Positions 39,785 to 52,934 of a DNA stretch of 59,212 nt are shown here, one piece after another. The notes beneath the pieces were generated by a model. It was not told the origin of the DNA, did no database searches, and was given only the letters and a program-made list of their open reading frames with translations. The position numbers were made by a program, and so were the translations under genes. The first letter of the stretch is position 1. Each line of letters begins with the position of its first letter. The stretch comes from Octopus bimaculoides (lineage: Eukaryota), in the NCBI RefSeq assembly GCF_001194135.2, contig NC_068993.1:2217008-2276219 (forward strand), read 5' to 3'.

Positions 39785-39872
39785 CTTCTTCTTCTTCTTC
39801 TTCTTCTTCTTCTTCTTCTTCTTCTTCTTCTTCTTCTTCTTCTTCTTCTTCTTCTTCTTCTTCTTCTTCTTC
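39706..39872. repeat. (TAC)n followed by a long pure (TTC)n tract
   Basis: Directly visible. TTC tract runs from about 39757 to 39872. Confidence 0.98.
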
Positions 39873-40207
39873 TTTCTACAATTACTGTCTGTAGCATTTT
39901 AATTTTAGCCACCCAGAGTAAGCTGAGATTAATTAGTTAACTTAGAAACACATTAATCAGTATTGATTGAACTACAGATGTATACATATATATATTTAAA
40001 CCGTTTGTGTAGCCTCATGCGTAGAAATACCATCGCTGTGGATATTGTTTTGGGAGAGGAATTCTCTTTATGGACATTGTATGGGGAAAACGCATGAATG
40101 ACGTCACAGCACGTTGGTGTCATATCAAATGACTTCACATCTTTAATTCATAGTCAACTGAAGTAAACAAAATCAGTGTCCATATCTTGTTTTGGGCCTC
40201 CCTACAG

Positions 40208-40320
40208 ACGTTGGAATAAAGGAGGTTGCCGTCTTAAAAGCGGAGATGAGAATTGACGATTTGGCATCGATGAACATGGCGGTGGATGAACCTGCCACCT
40301 ATACGGAACTTTCCAACTAA
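40208..40320 (+). CDS. Candidate terminal exon (DVGIKEVAVLKAEMRIDDLASMNMAVDEPATYTELSN*)
   Basis: Acceptor tcttgttttgggcctccctacag, GC-richer than flanks, open phase-1 frame ending TAA. No recognised homology. Confidence 0.3.
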
Positions 40321-41260
40321 TGTTTCTTCTGGTTTCTGCAGAGCTAGTTTTGCCATAACCAAACAGTTTCATAGACAGACAAACCACTATTTCTGTTCTG
40401 TCAGATTTTAAAATTAAGTATAATCTCCTTCTTGGCACCAGATGTTGCCCACCAGGTCAATACTTTGCCATCATTACTACCTCAGTGACTAGTTAGATCC
40501 ACTACATAACATAACCGATTCCTTAAGGTATTAGACTAACAGGTCATGCTTTGTCTGCTGCACATGAACATTGGCAACCATTCATCACTACCATCTACAT
40601 TTCACGAAGACATGCAATCGTGTACAGCTGTGGAATGATAAAAGAGAGAAGTAGAGTAAGAACATGGTAATAGCGTAGATGTAAGACTTGGATTGATCGG
40701 TATTTGCTTGTTTGAAGAGACAGCATTACCTTATTAAGAGATCGAGTAATTAGCATAGCAACTTTATGTTTGATACTTCGAAAATTTCTTCAACTGTGGA
40801 ACCGTGAGTTATTCCACCTTCGTTTCAGAAATGACATAACTAACCGTGCCTGAAATAATTCCTACAATTCACTTCAAATTTAGATCTATTTTGAGTGGGT
40901 TTTTGTTAAGTATGTCCCTTAATTGACAACGTTTAATTTCACTCTTCTAAGTTAGTTCTGGAAATTGAGTCAATGTAGATTGAAAAAATGCTAGGTCGAT
41001 CAGGTCAGGTATGGCTTCACAGGGTATTTTATAATATCTAATTATTATGTTCCAACAACATTTATAAATCGTTGGAGTTACACGAGAGCACCGGTGTACA
41101 AAGGCTGAAGTTCCTTAAACACTATGGTTATTTCCTTTCGTTAACGATTTTCGTGGTCAATGCACAATGGTCACATGAATATAAAGGAGCTCAAATGATA
41201 AGCCAATGAAATAAATCGGCTTTTCAACCCATCAGAATCAATCAGGTTGTCTCCCATGTG

Positions 41261-41298
<38 letters not shown>

Positions 41299-41805
41299 CA
41301 AGCGCCTAGATAAAACAGTGGATAATGTTGAGAGACGTACTTCACAATATTAATATTACAGCCAGAAACTAATTTATATCAAGTCACTTTTATGTAGTCT
41401 TTATAGCTAATGCAGTCCTTTATTATTGTCTTGTACTCATTCTCAGTTCAGTTCACATTAGATGTGAAAGATCAACAGTATCATGCGGACATATTGTCTA
41501 GCCCAATGGAGTGTTTATTTATCATTTCTCTCGCTCAATGTAGTTGTATTATTTGATCATCATACCACTGAAATTTAGTATTTCTGATAATTATCGATAG
41601 CCACTTGATGTTTAATGCTGGCTGTCAGACATCCGGAAGTTATAGGTTATAATATAATGGTGTTGTCTGTAAGAAAAGATAAATATATGCTAAGGCAAGT
41701 ATCTATGATAAAGTCATTATATAATGCGACTGAAAATTTCTAATCGTTCATGGTACTATGAAGCTCTGTACCGTAACTAATTACTAATCTCTAACGAAAA
41801 CTTAC

Positions 41806-41882
41806 TGAAATATTATCTCCTGCGCTAGAGAATGTGTTGATGCTTGAAGAGTCAATGAGCCAGCATATGTGTTCGGATCAGC
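41806..41882 (-). CDS. Candidate exon (ADPNTYAGSLTLQASTHSLAQEIIF)
   Basis: Acceptor ctatttctagcag, donor TCA|gtaagt, only phase 0 is open. Confidence 0.22.
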
Positions 41883-43135
41883 CTGCTAGAAATAGTAGCG
41901 ATATCTTAAATCATTAACTGTCTTATCAAAAATAAAAAAGAAAAAGGAAACACATATTGCATAATGTAGCGTTAGATATATAAAAACTGGTATGGTCTCG
42001 GTTAGCAATCATTTGATCACAGGTATGAGCCGCTGGGGCTGACCTGGGTCAAAAACAACAGCAAACAATAAACAACAACAACAACTAAGACAAAAGACGA
42101 TTAAAGATAATGTCCTATATTTTTGTTGAAGGAATCTTAGAAGATATTTTGGCTAATGTTAAAGGATGGTAAATTAAGTGTGGAACTGTTTCAACATTTA
42201 ACCAGTAAATCACAGACCGAGATCATTTACCATTTCACAGAATAAACAATCTTCAATTTATTCATTTTGTTGGTTATTTTTTTCTTAAATCAATTTACGA
42301 TAAGAAAATTTTCATTTGTATTCAGTTTATTATAATGTTAAATATACCACGATAATAGATATAGCTTAGAGATGTTTAGAATGTCAAAAGAAATTCATTT
42401 TCGATTTTACTTCTCAGCTTTATAATATTATCGTCGCCATGTTTGAATAAGTAATAATGGCACTTTTAATCAAAGTTCATGCCATATTTTCAGATATAAT
42501 GTTATTTTCGTGAGACACTGTGTTTGTTTTACTTTCAGAGATGCCTGAACCAATGGTTTATGTTGGAAATATTTCCGTAATATTTTAAGAAATACCTTCA
42601 GCTTTCTGTTTAGCTACAAAATGTCGAGTCCAAGTAATTTGTCATGACATCTCACAATATTATTATTTACAAGCTTTCTTGCCTGTAAAATACCAACGCA
42701 TTTAGAGCTTCTAAAGTTTTTTATAGAATGTTCTTACATTTGAAAAGCTGTTATTTAGCAAAACAAATTGACTGTAACTATTACCAGGGGTCATTTGGCT
42801 GAATAGTTTTGAGCTTAATAATTTAATATAACGTGGAATTTGAACTCAGAAAACAGTAACTGATGCTGACGGCCATGTCATCGGTTACTCTGACAATTCC
42901 AGCCAATCCAACGTCTTGTACTTGTATTTTATTTACCGTGGAATTATGAAAAGAACAGTCAACATCTGTAGGATTCGAAATCAGGTCGCAGGTGTACAGA
43001 ACAAATACTGCACAACTTTTTAACCAAGACACAAAGAAAAGCAGTTCGCCACATTTTGCATCAAATACAATATTTAAACTGTAGCAGCAGCAATGGAAAT
43101 ATCAGCAACAGTAGTAGTAGTAGTAGTAGTAGTAA

Positions 43136-43167
<32 letters not shown>

Positions 43168-43614
43168 ACATGCCATTTTTTAAAGCGACATACACACAAA
43201 GAGTGACTAATTTGGCAGGAATATTAAAAAAAAAGGATTTTAACAAATTGAAACAAAAACGAAAGGGGAAATTTCGCACCTACACACATGCGCATATACT
43301 CATATGCACGCATACACACACGCGTAAACACACGCATACACACGCGTGCACGCAGGCATACAGAATAGCGCACGTGCTTTTGTGTTATATTTTTTGATTT
43401 TAGAAAAAAAAATGTTTGAAACTGCACTGAAACGTTATAACCTCTAACCGAAAAGAAAAAGAAAAACCAAAACCAAAACAAAGCAACACTAATAAATTAA
43501 AACAAGAAATCCAGAGAGAAAAAGAATAATAAAGAAGTTTGAAGAAATGAAATGTATTGTAATTTAGTGAAATTATAAAAACAAGACTGTAAAAATGGGA
43601 TTTACAACGGAGAG

Positions 43615-43617
43615 GGA

Positions 43618-43668
<51 letters not shown>

Positions 43669-43825
43669 AGAGAAAAAGCGCAAACGAGAAAAGGGATGTG
43701 AAAGTGAATGAGAGACGAAAGAGAGAGAGCGAGAGAAAGGGAGAGAGCGAGAGAAAGAGAGAGAGCGAGAGAAAGAGAGAGAGAGAGAAAGAGAGAGAGA
43801 TAGAAAGAGAGAGAGGGAGAGGGTG
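43615..43825. repeat. (GA)n-rich tract with embedded ~18-nt gagagagcgagagaaaga units
   Basis: Directly visible. Confidence 0.92.
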
Positions 43826-43977
43826 AGGAGTTCGTAGCACACAAGTTGAAAAGCTAAAAAGTTATGAAACCCACACACTTCTACAAATACACATGAAGCC
43901 AAACGTTTAAAATAAATCATTTTTAATTAAATATATGACACAAGTAAATATATATATATATACACATACATACATAC

Positions 43978-44066
<89 letters not shown>

Positions 44067-44299
44067 AGTGTGTGTGTGTGTGTGCGTGTGTGTGTATATA
44101 TATATATAGATGAGTTACGGCACCTCATTGAAGCTGCTATAAATAGAAGCTAAGTTTCCCGCAGATCATCTTTTTTTAAAAATCAAAGGGAGAGAAGATC
44201 GAATAAACAAAAGGTGGGATGGTCATGTGATCAACGTTTATAGTGTGAAACGCATTTATCATTCAATGTTTGACCATTTATCTGCACGTGCGTAGACCA

Positions 44300-44512
44300 G
44301 CCATGGCAGTAAGTTTTAGGGTGGCGAAGTCGATTATATCGACCCTACTGCTCAACTGGTATTCATTTCATTAAATCCGAATGAGTTTTAAGCAAAGTGA
44401 AACTCGAACTCGACGCAGTTAAGCAAAGTGCAACTCAGAACGTAATGTCAGAGACATTTCGCTGACCTTTTATCAGGTCTGATAACACTTCAGCCTGCCC
44501 GCCACCTACATA
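44300..44512 (-). mobile_element. tRNA-derived SINE (GGCGG-head type), diverged
   Basis: gtcgattatatcgaccctactgctcaactggtattc...caactcagaacgtaa...gcctgcccgccacc is the reverse of the 35637/47843 type. Confidence 0.7.
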
Positions 44513-44586
44513 AAGACAAATATAAGAACAATAATATTTCCTAGATTTATATTATATATATATACTCAATTTTATTTGTACATCGT

Positions 44587-44769
44587 TCAAATGTGATAGA
44601 TCCAATAATTGAAATGAAGTGCTTGAATTCTGTCCAAAAATGCTCTACACTCGCTCGTTTCGATTCTGAATGTTTTCATGATGATGTTCAAAGCTTTTTC
44701 ATTTCCCCAAACTAGTTCTAGTGGATGCGCTTTCGCCTCCTGTTCACCCTGTTCCCGAGTCAATGATAT
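44587..44769 (-). CDS. Candidate exon, 60 codons plus stop (ISLTREQGEQEAKAHPLELVWGNEKALNIIMKTFRIETSECRAFLDRIQALHFNYWIYHI*)
   Basis: Acceptor ttagttcttttatgccttag, open phase-0 frame. Unassigned and could be TE-derived. Confidence 0.25.
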   Translation of the reverse strand: MSLTREQGEQEAKAHPLELVWGNEKALNIIMKTFRIETSECRAFLDRIQALHFNYWIYHI

Positions 44770-47700
44770 CTAAGGCATAAAAGAACTAATGAAGTACATT
44801 TCTCATTAAATACAGAGATTTGACGGCTATAACCCCTGTATATCATTTATACATCTGATTTAGAATATAAGTGACATTTTGCTTTCTGCTTTCTTTTATT
44901 GCTTTACTCATTTTGTTATTCAGAAGGGAATGAAACACGTTCTCATGCCATTTCAAGTTTCCAGAAATGGAGTTAGAAAGGATTTTCTTTCAGTATTACT
45001 ATAAATGTCCTCATTTGTAAGCCTCTTTATGCCATACCAGCATAATGCATGATGCATACAATGTAATAGAGAATAAAAAAAGAAAAAGGAAAGAGACGAA
45101 CATCAGTTATTTAGAATGTAAAGTGAAAGTAAACAGTTACATCTGCTACAGATTATAACAAACATGGTTGCTGAAATTACTCTGTAAACACAGATTATTG
45201 CTTGACTACTTAGCAAACAATTATAACTGTAACAGCAAAAGTCAAATATTTAGATTGCTGATTATAGCCATCATTAGCAAATTCTCCTCAGGGTTTTAAG
45301 CATCGAAGAGTTATTTACACAGTTATCCTTGGAGTGTTCTTGAATGGGAGAAAATTTAAGGCAATGAGTCAGTTGTGAAGATAACGTAAGTCACATTGAA
45401 AGAAAGGTCAAATATGAATTGTAACTAAAACACTTCGTTTATCTGTTTGTTCTCTTTAATTGATAACCGATCGTAAGCTTCTTTTAAGTAGAGGAGTGTT
45501 AGAGCAGGGAGAAATAGGGTGAGATGGGAAAACAGCAGAGAGTATGAGAGAGAAATTTAGTTCTTACACTGGGTGATAACATGCGCAAATCTTTTAGCCT
45601 CTAGGTTATTGGGTAGAGATGAAGAGAAAAAGCATATTATGAACATGATATTGATGAGAATTTACTGTTTGAAATTATTTGATTGAAATAATTAGAAATT
45701 ACTGAACAAATAAAAGTTTTCAATGAATAATTTTATCTTTCTTTAATTTTTAAAAGAATTATTATGCGGCCTTTTTTTAATCGTCTGCTTGGTTACTTGT
45801 TTTGTAGGTTCATTTACGATGTTTGACATCTCAGCATTTGGTTGTTAAAATCTAACTCCTTTATAATATCCATATCTACTTTGTCTCTTCGAAGATAATA
45901 ATTTTTAAATGTTTATTTATTTAAATAATAAAATAAATTATCCATGATATATAACATGACTCTTTAAAGACAATAACGTGATTCACGTTCAGTTGTAAAT
46001 GTGAAGTTATATGTGAAACAACTCGAATTTTCCTCCAAGTTCTGCGGCAAAAGATGATAAGTGATATTTCACAGCCGAAAGTAACGATAATCATATCTTT
46101 CTTTCGAGATTATTGTGGATAATAAAAGAGATTAGCATAATGTAAAATGAGATTAGCCTCATAGTATTTTTGTATAAATGTTTCTTTAAAATTATAATAG
46201 ATAAGTGCTAATATTTATTTTCATGAGTATGAAACCTGTAATAACTCGGGATGTAAATTTTGGATATCAACAGTAGGTACTATTATTTATATTATTAATA
46301 TCTTCTCTCCATATTTAGGCAGCAATTGACAGAGTCGTTAGGTCATCGAAGAGAACACTTCCCTCTAATTGTAGTGACTTCCTCTGGCCCGAATTTTAAT
46401 GTAATAGGGTTTAACTAAACCCATTATCCTCTCACCGTCAATAAAAAAAGTGGATTGGTGAAACTGTAAGAACGTGCAATTGGATGCTTTGCGATTCAAT
46501 TCTTAGGCATTGTCATGTTAATATCTTAGAACGATGCTTTGCAACGCCACTTTCAGCACTTTTATTTTCCAATAGTTTCTCTTAGACTTCTTGCCTACGT
46601 CTATATGTAACTTCATTTTCTATTTAGTATGAGTTAGCTTCCATGAATGCAGAGAAAAAAAAATTGCTGTATTCATATCTTCATGTTATTTTCATTGCTT
46701 TCTCTCTATGCTGTACAAGATAATTTTGCGGTCCTACTGTTGATATTTTAAAGGTTTTTTTGCAGCTAAATTCAGTAACATCCTTATTTATTTGACGAAT
46801 ATAGTCTATATGCGTTATTGAGTGTTGTGTACAAAATGTCGTTATTATTAGCTTTATTTCTTGGACTTGCTAATTCACTTTGCAAGAGAATAATATATAT
46901 TAGCACTTAGTTGACGTTATTATAACCATGGTATATTTCTAGAGAAGCTGTATTATTCATACATACATCTTAGTTTTTAGATCGATGTTATGAACTGACC
47001 AAATACCGCTTTAGCATATTCAACTATGCTTTCATTTTCTGTGTGTATATATTGTATTCTGACTTGTTCATTAACTCTTTATGTGAGTATCAATCACCGA
47101 TCGGTCTCACTATATAATCTTGATTTCTTAATCGAACATCATGTTTTGAAGACATTATTAAAATTACATTTACCATTTCAATGCTACTTTCCATTAAACT
47201 TCATTGTATATACTGTAAATTATTCCAGAACATAATGTCATAAATTCACAGGATATTGTTGATTTTCCTCACCCCGCCCCCTATTTATATATGATAATAT
47301 ATGCATATGTGTGTATTCAGGGTTTATCATTGAATTGTCCCTTCAATAAAACCCAGTAAGTAAAGAAATTTTGTCTTTAAGCCCATTTCTTTAACTAGTG
47401 GCTCTGAAGTGTTTTCTCTTGGTGTGTATAAAAATAATTTTAAAATTTCATTTCACATTTTTTTTATTACTTAATTTCAAATTTAACACACTCATGTAAA
47501 TTCATTAATTCAAATTTTGTATTTCAAATATTTGTTGTTATTTGTCATATGAACTCTTTCCAGCTGATCTTAGTTGCTATTTTGATTGCAAGAACAAAGT
47601 GTAACTACGAAATAGCAGGTGCAACCAAAGACATTCAAACTGCAACAATTGAAATGGAAGTAAAAACGTAGAATTTTGCTGTTGCTTTACAAATAATTGA

Positions 47701-47842
47701 TGTGCTTTATTTGGGAAGAACGTTATTGTTCATGACAACAATGTCAACTGGTACAAAATATTTCTAGGAATAAATATTGAAATATAAACTAAATAAATAT
47801 GTGTTGCTTGAGTGTGTTTTGAGTTATCACTATTTCAGAGCA

Positions 47843-48038
47843 CTAAGGCGGTGAGCTGACGAAATGCTTAGCGGTATTTCGTCCGTTGCTACATTCTGAG
47901 TTCAAATTCCGCCGAGGTCGACTTTGCCTTTCATCCTTTCGGGGTCGATAAATTAAGTATCAGTTGCGTACTGGAGTCGATCTAATTGATTGCCCTCCTC
48001 CACAAAAATTTCAGGCCTTGTGCCTATAGTAGAAAGGG
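47843..48038 (+). mobile_element. Young tRNA-derived SINE with a 13-bp target-site duplication
   Basis: Head aaggcggtgagctg, box B gagttcaaattcc. Identical ctatttcagagca at 47830-47842 and 48039-48051. Confidence 0.95.
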
Positions 48039-48636
48039 CTATTTCAGAGCAGTCAGAGCCGAGTTGATTATAAACATGCACAGGGAGGTAAAATATTGAT
48101 ATTATTTACTAAAAGTACCACGCACCGTACTAATGGCTATCAACTGTTAACTAGTGGGACCAAATCTAACGCACAGTATTAAAAATACTAAAGCACTGAG
48201 AGGTGAACAACTTCATAGTTCTATGATTAATATGGAACATAAATATTCCAACTGCTTACGTTTTTTTCTATTTCGGATGTTTGTATTGTAATCATATTTA
48301 CATGAGCTCATATCCGACTACAATCTATGTAAAAGATATTTGCTTGAGTTATTGATAAATGTACAATTTTTATACATTTATACCTTTACTATATTTTCAG
48401 TAAACACAAAACGGACTTAATATTCTAATATTAACTCCTCACTGCTATTTGCCACATACAGTCCAAAATATTTTTGCAGCATTTACTTCAAAAGCTAAAA
48501 CTCACATCAGATACATACCTGAAGGCAATTTTTCTTCCCTGCTTTCTAGCAATCACACCATCTGAAAATGTCCACCTTTCTTCCCCTTCATATCTTGTTC
48601 TCTCTCTCATTCTTCAAGAAGAAAACGAAAACTCAC

Positions 48637-48678
48637 CCCTCCACCCGTAAATCTTTCAGGGATGTCATTCATAGCCAT
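48637..48678 (-). CDS. Candidate first coding exon (MAMNDIPERFTGGG)
   Basis: attATGG start context and GGG|gtgagt donor in phase 0. The frame is also open upstream (EECNHEYFFLLIDEIEGKWFAFWSC...). Confidence 0.22.
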
Positions 48679-49459
48679 AATTGCCAGATGTTCCGAACTG
48701 CTGTTACATGACCAAAACGCAAACCATTTTCCTTCAATTTCGTCAATTAATAAAAAAAAATATTCATGGTTGCACTCCTCCCTTGAAATACTTTAATAAC
48801 ACCATTATTAAAACTTTTACGTTTTGAATTACAAAATTCTTTCCACCTATGAGTACCAGTCATGTATTAGGGATATTCAATCGAATATATATCCTCTTTG
48901 CGACTTATTATTACGAGGCGAATGTTGTTTTGCTTTTAATTCCACCATTTCACAATTTATACTTAATTACCCGGTTCATCATATTCTCATATAAAGAAAA
49001 TTCGTTTGAAATATCTTTAATAAATACCTCGAGCGAAACATAAAAACAGTCATTGGTACTACACACATTGATATAGCGACTCATCTACAAATTGACATAC
49101 ACATGTATATGTACCTGGGTACATTAATTACGCGTTATAATTTCCATTTATTTGGATAAATTAGGCGCAATACATTTCATTGTGAAGAATCTCTACATTC
49201 TCCAGACACAAGATATGTTCTGCATTGGCAAATAATAATTTCTGGAATTTCACGAAATAGAATTAATTAGTTTGCCGTGAGGAAGAGAAGATATGTAACG
49301 TTTTGAGTGAAGCCCTTGTTTTAGAAACGATGAGGATATTTTTCTTCATTTTCGTAGAATCTTATCTTCAAAAGATTATGTAATATAATTCAATTTCCTA
49401 TCCGAGATGTAGGAATTTTCAAGACATTATTAATTTCCGGTCGGATACTGCGGGAAATG

Positions 49460-49503
<44 letters not shown>

Positions 49504-50849
49504 GCATGCACAGTCACACGCACACACATACACAGAAACAAATACACATATATAAATATATATGGTTGACGGTTATTCTCATAGCAATTACAACTTATGT
49601 ATGAAAGAGATACTTTTCAGCCTTTTGCTTTTTAATTAGGCTCACTTTAACTGAGAAATGTTCATATTAAGATGTATAGGCATGATTTAATACACGCCCG
49701 CGCGCCCGCGCGCACACATACGCACGCACACACATATATACAAGCACACACAACTGCATATGTGCTTTACCTTTCTTCCAAGTATATTCAAGTTCAAATT
49801 GATTGATGATGACCAAAAAGATAAATAGAAAGTTTCATGTTTAATGATGAAATAACATTGGCATTGTGTTGAAGTTTCTTTCCTCCTAATTAGTCGAAAT
49901 TAGTACCAGTAATTCATCATGCAATATTCAACTTCATATGTAAATTCAGATTAAACATTAAGCATCATGCTTTGGCTTCTATGGACAAAGCAATATGAAT
50001 GATGATAGATATTTCCGCATTTCTGTACATTATAACTACACTGGAATGTCCACGTTTAGCAAATAAAGACAGAAGAACCAAGGTGTTTACAATGAAAAAT
50101 GTTTGTTCATAAATATGTATTAATGAGATTCTTGACTATCATGTTATAGAGAAACCATAAGCTGTTTAAATAGATTAGATTATAGATTAGATCATCTGGC
50201 TGAAATAAGGATTATTTTCCTTGGTATTAAGAACATGATATGGTCATAAGGATTATGGCTTTTTCACAACCTAATAATCTGTACGGTAAATCAATGAATA
50301 ATTTTATGAAAGCCAGGCACTAACACTTAGTTTGCTTTATTTGAAAGAAAAACGTCACCTCCAACTTAAGAAATCGATCACCATTTTTGACCCAAATCAT
50401 ACAGATGCGGGGTTCATAATGCCTGCTCAAGTTCCTACCAAACTTAGTGTGCTGACTCAGCGCAATGCAGAAATAGTATATCTGAAATTTTAGCTTTCTA
50501 GTTGAAGAAGCTTTGGAGTTATGAGCTTTTTAATCTATAATCATTAGGTGGTACTAGATTCAGAGTTCAGTATTTCCACTGCTTAAATCCTTATTAACTC
50601 AAGAGAGAATGTGGAATAAAAGTGCATTTATACATATTTAAAATTATTGAACTGAAATTGCTCTATGCAAAGCTTCAAAACTAGACTATTTTAAGACAAA
50701 TGCCACTACAAGCTTTCAATAACATACAAAATTACGAACAATACATATTTTCAACTTTATAGATTTAATTCCAATTTTTAAATAACTGTATAAGAAAAAG
50801 GGTGTTGAATGCAGAGCAATTTTTTAAATATAACAAAGAATTAATGTTT

Positions 50850-52628
50850 TGCAAGATAAAATAAATCGTAGTTGAAGCTGCTCCTTCTATTTACAAACCT
50901 CATAAAGATCTTGAAGGCACTTGATTGCTCGTTCTGCACTCTGCTTTCTTCTGGGAATTTTCAGTTTTGATGGTTATCGACCCCAAAAGTATTTTTCTTA
51001 CAGAGTTCAATGCTTTTTTATGAACTTGCAGGCTACCACAAAACTTTTGATAATCATGTGCATTGAACATTTGGTCAGTAAACCAAAAATCTGCCCAGCT
51101 GCAAGAAATAAATCGACAAACATTGAGAAGCAAAACTCTTTTCACTGGTAGAAGAATAAATGCCAAAAGAGCTAGAACTGCTTGAGAATTCCATCTTGCA
51201 TTACGCAAGTTGGGTGGATTTTTGAAACTTTACTGTAGGAAATTTGCCGGTTTCTCCAAAGAAACGAATACCTCTGGTCAAATCAAATAGAAAGTTCATG
51301 TCATCTCGGCATCCTGCTGGCTCAGTAATCTTTACTTCACCATTGTTGAAATTAGCCAGGAGTTTCTCGTAATTACTTAGAAGCTCTGGGATGAATATAT
51401 ATTCAATATCGGGAGATGACTATTTTTCTCCAAGATCGTTATCCATTCCAACACGAAGAACTCTATCAAGGATATGATGCTGACAACCAATAAATTGCAG
51501 TTCTTTCAAACTCTTTTGAACAAGATGTCTTGAACTGAATGTCAATGCCATTTCTTTTACCAGTGTTCACACTCGTTGTGTCAGCGACAATCATCTTTAC
51601 ACAGTTCTATAAATTGTAATAATCTAAAACAGCTGTTATTCCATTCAAAACAGTATCGGCTCTTTTCCGTTTGGCAATTGGAGTGCTTCTAAATTAGCTT
51701 CTCTCTGTTTATTCTTTAAAACTAGCATCTGGTATACTCGGTATTCTTTGCCATCAAAATGTAATGACCAGTTTTATAAATGTAGTGTTTTCTTCGTTTC
51801 CATGTTTAGTTTAATAGCTTCTTTGATAACCTATCTGTAAATACCAGATTGGGAAGGAGCCTCGACATTGATTTCATCTTGAGATAATTGTCGACAAACT
51901 GTTGCTCCAGTATGGACGGCAAAAATGGGAGAGATGAAACAAACACAAACACATATGCATGCACTTACAGACAATGCACATACATATATCATCCATAAAC
52001 ACACACAAACACACACACAAAAGATCGGTATGACATTTCTTATGTCCAATAAACCCACGATTTGTTACATGAAAATGCCGTGCTAACTGCACGACTTCAG
52101 CATATAATCGATTCGAGAACTGCCCTTGACACTCGTTTCGTCCCCTTGTTTTATTTCCATCGAATCCTTTATTGTTTGTGTCTTCGAACGAGCCCTGTGG
52201 ATCTATATCAACACCGTAAGTTCTATCATCAGTCTTCCTTTCATCCATAATCATCGTTGTTATGCTTCGTATCTGCTTTACCGACGGAGCACAAAGATCA
52301 GTACACGGCGAAGAAGTACTTAAAGTGTTGTCACTTTATATCGAGACAATTCTTCAATCAACTTTTAAAATGATTAGGAATACAATAGTACGATTTTTGA
52401 GAAGAAATTTAAAATTGCTAACCTTTTAACCTGTTCTAAAACGCGTATTTTTGCTATTTTCTGTTAATTTGAATTTTCCTGGTATTTGCTGAGATTTCAT
52501 AAGCCATAATAATTCGGGAACCGAATTCTTTGATCTACTGTTAATTGGAGACTGGCTGAATTCTATCAAATATAATCCAAATGGGTTTCCAGCTCATTAT
52601 TCTTCAGAGAAAACGGAAGGTTTGGCAT
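50850..52628 (-). pseudogene. Decayed near full-length hAT-superfamily (hATm-like) transposase
   Basis: In order: MPNLPF, TVCRQLSQDEINVEAPSQSGIYR, WSLHFDGK (D1), MIVADTTSVNTGKRNG (D2), FIGCQHHILD (CxxH), PNLRNARWNS, KIPRRKQSAERAIK (E). Multiple stops and frameshifts. The hATm subfamily label is from recall. Confidence 0.8.
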
Positions 52629-52934
52629 CAAACCTGCAATGAAAAAAAATCCTTTACTATATTTTATTAACAAAATATGATTGACTTGACAAAATGATGG
52701 CGCCACCTGTTGCGTCTCTGTGTGTTCAGTTGAGAATTATGCCATTTGGCCAATATATAATTACATATTCAATTTAATTTAATTTATTTATCATTCATTG
52801 ACATTTATACTTTTTCAAAGCTTCCGAGATTACAGTCAAAATAGAATATCCTCGAACCAGAGGTTTATCTAAAACTTGTAATGCAGTATATTTGATACCG
52901 CTAAAGATACACAAGAACTACGTCGCAATATTCA

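Noticed and set aside
40190-40340. RTE-like RT reading on the minus strand (RIGGR...HLRF*DGNLL)
   Set aside because: There are twelve extra residues between the motifs and no upstream QGxxLSP. Kept only as an alternative to the plus-strand exon.
42540-42580. RRM RNP2-like VYVGNI after a strong acceptor
   Set aside because: Only about 12 codons with a weak donor, and no RNP1 exon was found.
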